Source: a virus
Taxonomy: Duplodnaviria > Caudoviricetes
Reading direction: 5' to 3' (one strand)
DNA length: 64,000 nt
IMG/VR virus record: IMGVR_UViG_3300028549_000365
Location: 32,001-96,000 of that record
Position numbers and translations under genes: made by a program. The notes under the pieces were generated by a model. That model searched no databases, was not told the origin of the DNA, and saw only the letters and a program-made list of their open reading frames with translations. This document shows positions 59,782 through 64,000 of the stretch, one piece after another. How positions within the stretch are numbered: position 1 is the stretch's first letter; each line of letters opens with the position of its first letter.

Positions 59782-61559
59782 CAACAAAAGCCTATTAATT
59801 GATAACAATTATAGGACACATAATGCACAATATAACAAATAAAACGTTTGCTGATTTAGCAAACAAAATACATAACAATAAGTATGATTACTCAAAAGTA
59901 ATATTTACAAGTATATATAAACCTGTAGAAATAATCTGCCCGAAGCATGGTGGTTTTAACCAAACACTACGCGACCATATAATACGTAAATCTATATGTA
60001 AAGCATGTTCGACTGAACAACAAGCTGAGAGAAATAAAACACCTATAGAAATAATTAAACAAAAAATATTAGATCTAAATGATGTTTACACACCAGTTTA
60101 TGATACATATATTAACTCTTCTGTTAAAATGAAATTCATATGTCCTGTACATGGAGAATTTTATCAAACACCTAGACGATTTATATACGAGAATATTAGA
60201 TGCGGTAAATGTGGTCATTCTAGAGGAGGAGATAAAATCAGGTTAAATACATCTGTTTTTATATCTAAATCTAAAGAATACCACGGCGATAGATATGATT
60301 ATAGTAAAGTAGTATATATTAATAATAGTACACCTGTAGAAATAGTATGTAGTACACATGGTAGTTTTTTACAAACACCTCAAAACCATATGTTAGGCAG
60401 CAACTGTCACAAATGTAATAATGAAGCAACTGTACTTAGATGTAGACATACTAACACACAGTTTATATCCAAAGCTAAGTTAACACACGGTGATAAATAT
60501 AACTACGATAAGGTTGAGTATATTAATAATAAAACACCAGTAACTATAACATGTTTATTACATGGTGATTTTACGTCTAGGCCAGATAACCACATAAGTG
60601 GTAAATCAGGTTGTCCTGTATGTAATGAATCTAAAGGTGAGTTAAAAGTAAGAGAGTTCTTAATATCAAACCATATAGAATATATAAGGGAGTATAGATT
60701 TCCTAATAGTAACTATAGGTATGTCTTTTATCTACCTAAACTAAATATACTTATAGAATATGACGGAGCTTTACATTTTAAGGCTGTTGATAATTTTGGT
60801 GGTGTAGATCACCTTAATGCTCAAAAAGCCAGAGATTCACATAAGAATGATTTAGCTAAGTTACATAATGTACCGCTTATAAGATTACATTACAGATCGT
60901 ACAATGAACTAGAATCTATATTACTATTTAAACTTTCTAAATACTATAAGTACAGAGTTGGTAATAAATACTATAGAGGTCTTACTGAGTTATGTAAAGG
61001 TGAACAACTACCTGGTACAACTGTACCTAAAGATGTTAAAAAATATTTGTTATATTGTAAATAATGTACCTCAGGGTCCGCTATATAGTAATATATAGTG
61101 ATAATCTATTGAATTTGTCGGGAACACCTTAAAGCTGGTACACTACAAGTAGTTGGAAACGACTACTGAATGTTAACAACGTACCGGATGATCTTAAGTG
61201 GTCAACATCTATATCGAGAGTATAACTAGGCAGTCTTATCAACTGTTAGTAGCTACTGGTTGAGACCAGGTGTAATAGGCAACCGTGGAACCTAAGGTTC
61301 CCTTTCGCAGCGAAGATCCTAACCCGTAAGGTATGGATAACGTTCAACGACTATCCCGTAGCTGGGAGTAGCGCCAAGTGGTGGGGTAGACCCCTTAAAG
61401 ACAAAGTGGTAGATATCCTACGAGGTGATAACGTAGGATAAAGATATAGTCTCAACGTGCACGGAACAAGGCGTTCCTTAACGAAAGGTGCAGATGCGTG
61501 TCATGACGCTGGTATAACGTAACTATACAGTTACATAACGAGTTATGCTGAAGATATTG
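59782..61559 (+). mobile_element. Group I intron (IA2-like), 1778 nt
   Basis: 5' exon ends in U and the intron ends in G. P GAATTTGTCGGGAA (61111), R GTTCAACGACTA (61342), S AAGATATAGTC (61441). P7.1/P7.2 hairpins and P8 present. IGS CCTCAGGGTCCGC (61069-61081) pairs with both exons. Confidence 0.9.
59823..61064 (+). CDS. Intron-encoded putative homing endonuclease: 4 zinc-finger repeats plus a Vsr/DUF559-like PD-(D/E)xK domain
   Basis: Four YDYSKV...C..HG.F.Q.P..H...C..C repeats, then ESKGE...FYLPKLNILIEYDG..H. AGGA RBS before ATG 59823. Lies in loop L1. Confidence 0.8.
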   Translation: MHNITNKTFADLANKIHNNKYDYSKVIFTSIYKPVEIICPKHGGFNQTLRDHIIRKSICKACSTEQQAERNKTPIEIIKQKILDLNDVYTPVYDTYINSSVKMKFICPVHGEFYQTPRRFIYENIRCGKCGHSRGGDKIRLNTSVFISKSKEYHGDRYDYSKVVYINNSTPVEIVCSTHGSFLQTPQNHMLGSNCHKCNNEATVLRCRHTNTQFISKAKLTHGDKYNYDKVEYINNKTPVTITCLLHGDFTSRPDNHISGKSGCPVCNESKGELKVREFLISNHIEYIREYRFPNSNYRYVFYLPKLNILIEYDGALHFKAVDNFGGVDHLNAQKARDSHKNDLAKLHNVPLIRLHYRSYNELESILLFKLSKYYKYRVGNKYYRGLTELCKGEQLPGTTVPKDVKKYLLYCK

Positions 61560-61732
61560 TTGATGGTGACACGGTTTCTTTAAATATACTTTATGTAGAT
61601 GACAGTATAGAAGAAGTTGATAATATACTTAATAGTAAAGAGTTCTATATATCTCCTAGCGGAGGATTAACCTATTCTATAAACAGCGAAACACTTAACT
61701 ATGTAGTAGCTCATCTGGTTGACACACTATGA
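61560..61732 (+). CDS. Virion RNA polymerase beta-prime subunit, exon 2
   Basis: Not in the ORF track. T(59781)+TT restores Phe, giving GADFDGDTVSLNILY...DTL*. The spliced protein is 538 aa. Confidence 0.9.
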
Positions 61733-62127
61733 AAAAGATAAGAAGTGATTATGACCTTAAGGACTATTATGAAATAGATCGCTTAGGTCAAGTTTATAAA
61801 GTAACAATAGTGGATGGTAAACGTATAGAAAATAAGATGTCGCCATTTCTTACTAAAGATGGGTATCTTGAGTATGTGTTAACAACTAACAGCGGAACTA
61901 AAAAACATGTGCAAGAACAACGACTTGTAGCCATGACTTATTTACCTATACCTAAGACGAATAGACATATAGAGGTAAATCATAAAGACGGAAATAGAAC
62001 TAATAACATAGTTAGTAACCTTGAGTGGGTTACTAAATCTGAGAACATTAGACATTCATTCGATGTGCTTGGTAAGGTTGTACATAACAAAGGTAAGACT
62101 AAACAAGAAGATGGTAGTTATTCATAG
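61729..62127 (+). CDS. Free-standing HNH endonuclease (NUMOD4-like plus HNH)
   Basis: YEIDRLGQV N-terminus and EVNHKDGNRTNNIVSNLEWVT..EN..H. ATGA overlap with the exon 2 stop. Confidence 0.85.
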   Translation: MKKIRSDYDLKDYYEIDRLGQVYKVTIVDGKRIENKMSPFLTKDGYLEYVLTTNSGTKKHVQEQRLVAMTYLPIPKTNRHIEVNHKDGNRTNNIVSNLEWVTKSENIRHSFDVLGKVVHNKGKTKQEDGSYS

Positions 62128-62157
62128 TAGTGTTAACACTATCCAATATATTTCAGT

Positions 62158-62175
62158 CTTATATTATAAAGATAG
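62158..62175 (+). promoter_or_regulatory. Putative phage early promoter
   Basis: CTT-ATATTAT-AAAGAT-AG followed by hairpin TCTGGAG-ATACAC-CTCCAGA. Confidence 0.5.
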
Positions 62176-62253
62176 TCTGGAGATACACCTCCAGATGAAT
62201 TTAGCTTCTGTAATGTCGGGTGTATAAATTATTACAGAGATTAAGGATTTAGA

Positions 62254-62460
62254 ATGAGCGAACTATATGTTAGACTTTGTAACAACACGTTGACATGTCT
62301 TAAGATAGAAATGGTTAAAGAGATTTGTGATCATCCAACAAACCATGTTATGAATATGGCTGTAGATGATAATGTATTGATAGTTACGACCGAAAGAGAT
62401 ATACCTGATGTAATTGAAACTGTACGTACTATAATGGAAATATTAAGGAATAGCAAATGA
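62254..62460 (+). CDS. Hypothetical protein
   Basis: AAGGA RBS. Confidence 0.55.
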   Translation: MSELYVRLCNNTLTCLKIEMVKEICDHPTNHVMNMAVDDNVLIVTTERDIPDVIETVRTIMEILRNSK

Positions 62461-62672
62461 TGGATATGGTACTAAATTTTAATGAGATAATGGATATATT
62501 GGATATAATGAGTGAGATAGACAGCTGTGATGTATTATCACTTAGTAACAATGTTAGTATAAATAATATGCTTTACTGTGAACATCAACAAGTTATGTTT
62601 GAACCGTTATCTTATTCGTATGAAACATTTGTATCTCAAGAAGACATAGATGATATGAACTACTGGGCATAA
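62457..62672 (+). CDS. Small acidic hypothetical protein
   Basis: ATGA-coupled, D/E-rich. Confidence 0.5.
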   Translation: MMDMVLNFNEIMDILDIMSEIDSCDVLSLSNNVSINNMLYCEHQQVMFEPLSYSYETFVSQEDIDDMNYWA

Positions 62673-62677
62673 AGAAT

Positions 62678-62706
62678 AAGTAACTTCGGTTACTTGTTTT
62701 TTTTTG
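62678..62706 (+). terminator. Intrinsic terminator with UUCG loop
   Basis: AAGTAAC-TTCG-GTTACTT plus long T-run. Confidence 0.8.
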
Positions 62707-62756
62707 TTCGGTTAAACGCGATAACGTATCAGTGAGTATAACTAAAGTTATACAGT

Positions 62757-62774
62757 CACATATTATTAAATTAG
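62757..62774 (+). promoter_or_regulatory. Putative phage early promoter
   Basis: CAC-ATATTAT-TAAATT-AG upstream of phuZ. Confidence 0.6.
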
Positions 62775-62821
62775 AGTGTATATCTCGAGAATACATTTAA
62801 ATTAAAACACAAGGAGACATT

Positions 62822-63862
62822 ATGTCAAAAGTTATATTCCACTGTTGTGGTGGTGCTGGTATCAATCTTAGCGATAAGGTTTTAAGAGAATTAGAAATGT
62901 TGGGTAAAGGTTTTGCTAATATTGAATATAGATATATTGATACATCTATAAATAATATAGAAAAAATTGACCACGATGAAGCTATGTTCTATTTGGTAAA
63001 AAGTAAACAACACGGGGTTGAAAAGATATCAGGTAGTGGTGGTGATAGAAGAAAGAACGCCGCGGACATAACTGAAAATATTAAAGACTATATGGACCAC
63101 TTTAAATTCCTTAAACCTACGGTTGGTGAGTTCCACGCTGTGATATTTTCTGGATCTGGTGGTTCTGGTTCTGTATTAGCACCTATGCTAATAAAAGCTC
63201 TTATGGAAAGAAATTTTCCTGTATTCGCTATTATGGTTGGTGACAGCTCTTCAGGGTTGATTAATACTAATACTATAAACAGTATAGCTAATCTTAACCA
63301 CATAGCTGTAACTATGGTTAAAAAGCCTTTAAACACTATATATGTTAACAATCAAACATTTAACAAAGGTAACATACTAAAAGCTGAACAAGAAGCTAAT
63401 AAAAGAATATTCAATAGCTTAGCTACAGTTCTGTTATTCTTATCTGGTGTTAACGGCGAACTTGATGATCAAGATATGATAAACATCATAGATCAATCTC
63501 AATATTCTACAGTTAAAATACCTGCTGGTTTATATGGTTTAACTACATTTGCTGGTCTTCCTGAGATACCTGATACTGTTATCCCTATGATAGGTAGAAC
63601 GTTAGTTAACGAAGGAGTATCACCTGATACAGGTATAACATTTGCGGCGCATCATAAAGCTGGTATAGTAACTGAAGAAAACGCTCTTAGTGTTTATGAT
63701 AAACAGTTTCCTTTACATCTTATAACTTGTGCTAACTACTTTACAGTTGAACAACAAATGCTTAAAAAGGTAGCTGCTGATTTTGAAAACATTATGAATA
63801 GTATAGCCATTAACAACATAGATGGTGTCGGTAATGTAGATGAAAACGGACTAATATTATAA
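62822..63862 (+). CDS. phuZ: PhuZ phage tubulin
   Basis: CCGGAGINL, YIDTS, GSGGDR, tubulin signature FSGSGGSGS, ELDDQD (T7 loop) and C-terminal tail DENGLIL. Confidence 0.92.
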   Translation: MSKVIFHCCGGAGINLSDKVLRELEMLGKGFANIEYRYIDTSINNIEKIDHDEAMFYLVKSKQHGVEKISGSGGDRRKNAADITENIKDYMDHFKFLKPTVGEFHAVIFSGSGGSGSVLAPMLIKALMERNFPVFAIMVGDSSSGLINTNTINSIANLNHIAVTMVKKPLNTIYVNNQTFNKGNILKAEQEANKRIFNSLATVLLFLSGVNGELDDQDMINIIDQSQYSTVKIPAGLYGLTTFAGLPEIPDTVIPMIGRTLVNEGVSPDTGITFAAHHKAGIVTEENALSVYDKQFPLHLITCANYFTVEQQMLKKVAADFENIMNSIAINNIDGVGNVDENGLIL

Positions 63863-63865
63863 CTA

Positions 63866-63893
63866 TAGTATACACGCAAATGCGTGTATACTA
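63866..63893 (+). terminator. Terminator after phuZ
   Basis: TAGTATACACGC-AAAT-GCGTGTATACTA with a T-run shortly after. Confidence 0.7.
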
Positions 63894-63940
63894 AGTTTTT
63901 TAAATACCCTCATTCGATGAGGTAATAAAGAGGGGGGTTA

Positions 63941-64000
63941 ATGACAAATAACCAAAAAATATACATAATAGATACACGAGTTATACTTGGTGAGATAGAT
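63941..64000 (+). CDS. Partial ORF running off the window
   Basis: GAGGGG RBS, then ATG reading MTNNQKIYIIDTRVILGEID. Confidence 0.45.
   Translation, partial: MTNNQKIYIIDTRVILGEID

Noticed and set aside
58338-59798. RNAP beta-prime gene appearing truncated or a pseudogene at GADSTKAY*
   Set aside because: A group I intron starts at 59782 and splicing restores GADFDGD with exon 2 at 61560-61732.
62822-63862. Host ftsZ indicating a bacterial chromosome
   Set aside because: The sequence is too divergent, has a PhuZ-type signature and C-terminus, and lies among phiKZ-like virion genes.
1-64000. tRNA genes, alternative genetic code, reverse transcriptase or DGR
   Set aside because: No cloverleaf recognised by eye, genes read through cleanly in the standard bacterial code, and no RT motifs or template/variable repeat pair were seen.
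63941-64000. PIN-domain start (IYIIDT)
   Set aside because: Only 20 codons are visible and the usual DTN motif is DTR. Insufficient to assign.

Overview
AT-rich window from a phiKZ-like jumbo phage. Markers include PhuZ tubulin, split virion and non-virion multisubunit RNA polymerase subunits, a gp120-like major capsid protein, DnaB, UvsX, RNase H, a RuvC-like resolvase, a putative portal and a 2.6k-aa gp181-like tail protein with two peptidoglycan hydrolase domains. The phage is probably nucleus-forming, but no chimallin is recognisable in the window. The host is possibly a Campylobacterota bacterium (inference). The most unusual region is a translationally coupled operon at the left end, divergent from a peptidase M15A (endolysin-like) gene: membrane protein, stand-alone receiver, sensor histidine kinase with a Cys4 insert, secreted Cys-rich protein and outer-membrane beta-barrel. 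A second beta-barrel (DUF481-like) lies nearby. Other notable elements: (1) a class 3 (WCT, Pro1) LAGLIDADG intein at the catalytic Cys of a B12-dependent NrdJ; (2) a 1778-nt group IA2-like intron splitting the catalytic DFDGD motif of the virion RNAP beta-prime subunit, with a zinc-finger-repeat endonuclease in loop L1 and a free-standing HNH gene just after exon 2; (3) an acyl carrier protein gene; (4) a KH-motif protein; (5) a recurring promoter motif ATAT(T/C)AT-N6-AG; (6) long palindromic terminators. All product calls come from motif recognition by eye, and no database search was run.
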